Assembly (NCBI RefSeq): GCF_003704095.1 | Contig: NW_020844638.1 | Location: 186,001 to 250,000, forward strand | DNA from: Pocillopora damicornis | Lineage: Eukaryota | DNA: 64,000 nt | Direction of reading: 5' to 3' | Shown here: piece by piece, positions 63,801-64,000 of the stretch | How positions within the stretch are numbered: position 1 is the stretch's first letter | Layout: each line of letters begins with the position of its first letter | Notes under the pieces: model-generated | The model's database searches: none | Told to the model about the DNA's origin: nothing | The model's input: only the letters and a program-made list of their open reading frames with translations | Translations under genes and position numbers: made by a program

Positions 63801-64000
63801 CCCACGGCTGTCCTAAAGCAGCTGGTTTTACATGGCATCATGGGTATCGTTATCATGAAAACGAGATCGGTAACAGCTGGTCTTATCCCTACCACTTGGC
63901 GGGAAAAAAAAGTATTTGGACAAATCAACAGGCCTTTTGTATCAAAACCAAGGATCAAGGCACAAAATATGACCTTACTTGGTCACCAGGACAATATTGT
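60839..64000 (+). CDS. Apextrin-like secreted MACPF + ApeC protein (3' end outside window)
   Basis: Exons 60839-61199, 61574-61621, 61925-62136, 62417-62506, 62767-63100, 63741->64000 splice in frame. Signal peptide MLPFSALILTSLLAYFVTETNA; FLGVGYNLLEGNP..DPG; MACPF signature FIERWGT/HIVVEVELG; PEPIGLKLVP; then ApeC-type TWPQGTYGLPMTTHGCP..W..G.R..FC..TWSPGQYC. Confidence 0.92.
63116..63321. mobile_element. piggyBac-like MITE in an apextrin intron
   Basis: TTAA-CCCTTTAACT ... AGTTAAAGGG-TTAA: TTAA target site on both sides, with CCC/GGG termini. Confidence 0.85.

Noticed and set aside
1-64000. Prokaryotic systems (CRISPR arrays, operons, defence islands)
   Set aside because: Spliceosomal introns and animal gene families occur throughout, and there is no regularly spaced repeat-spacer array. 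GTG/TTG starts in the ORF track are not meaningful here.

Overview
Eukaryotic, AT-rich, intron-containing DNA. From gene content and repeat families it is most likely a scleractinian coral or other anthozoan (inference). Left to right: (1) the 3' five exons of kynureninase (+); (2) two tandem paralogous adhesion GPCR genes (-), each with a divergent C-type-lectin-like domain, Ser/Thr stalk, GAIN/GPS and 7TM, the second with an extra vWA domain on one symmetric exon; (3) a stop-riddled herpes-tegument-USP (peptidase C76)-like relic upstream of the second gene's first identified exon; (4) about 11 kb with no recognisable coding sequence; (5) five class A GPCRs with intronless ORFs (+,-,+,-,-): three melatonin-receptor-like NRY types and several with altered activation motifs; (6) the 5' part of an apextrin-like MACPF+ApeC gene (+) running off the end. 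MITEs, an inverted tRNA-SINE, Penelope-type repeats with a degenerate hammerhead ribozyme, a ~370-bp tandem duplication and five N gaps are interspersed. Exons were read by eye from GT-AG sites and frame continuity and may be off by a few nt. No database searches were run.
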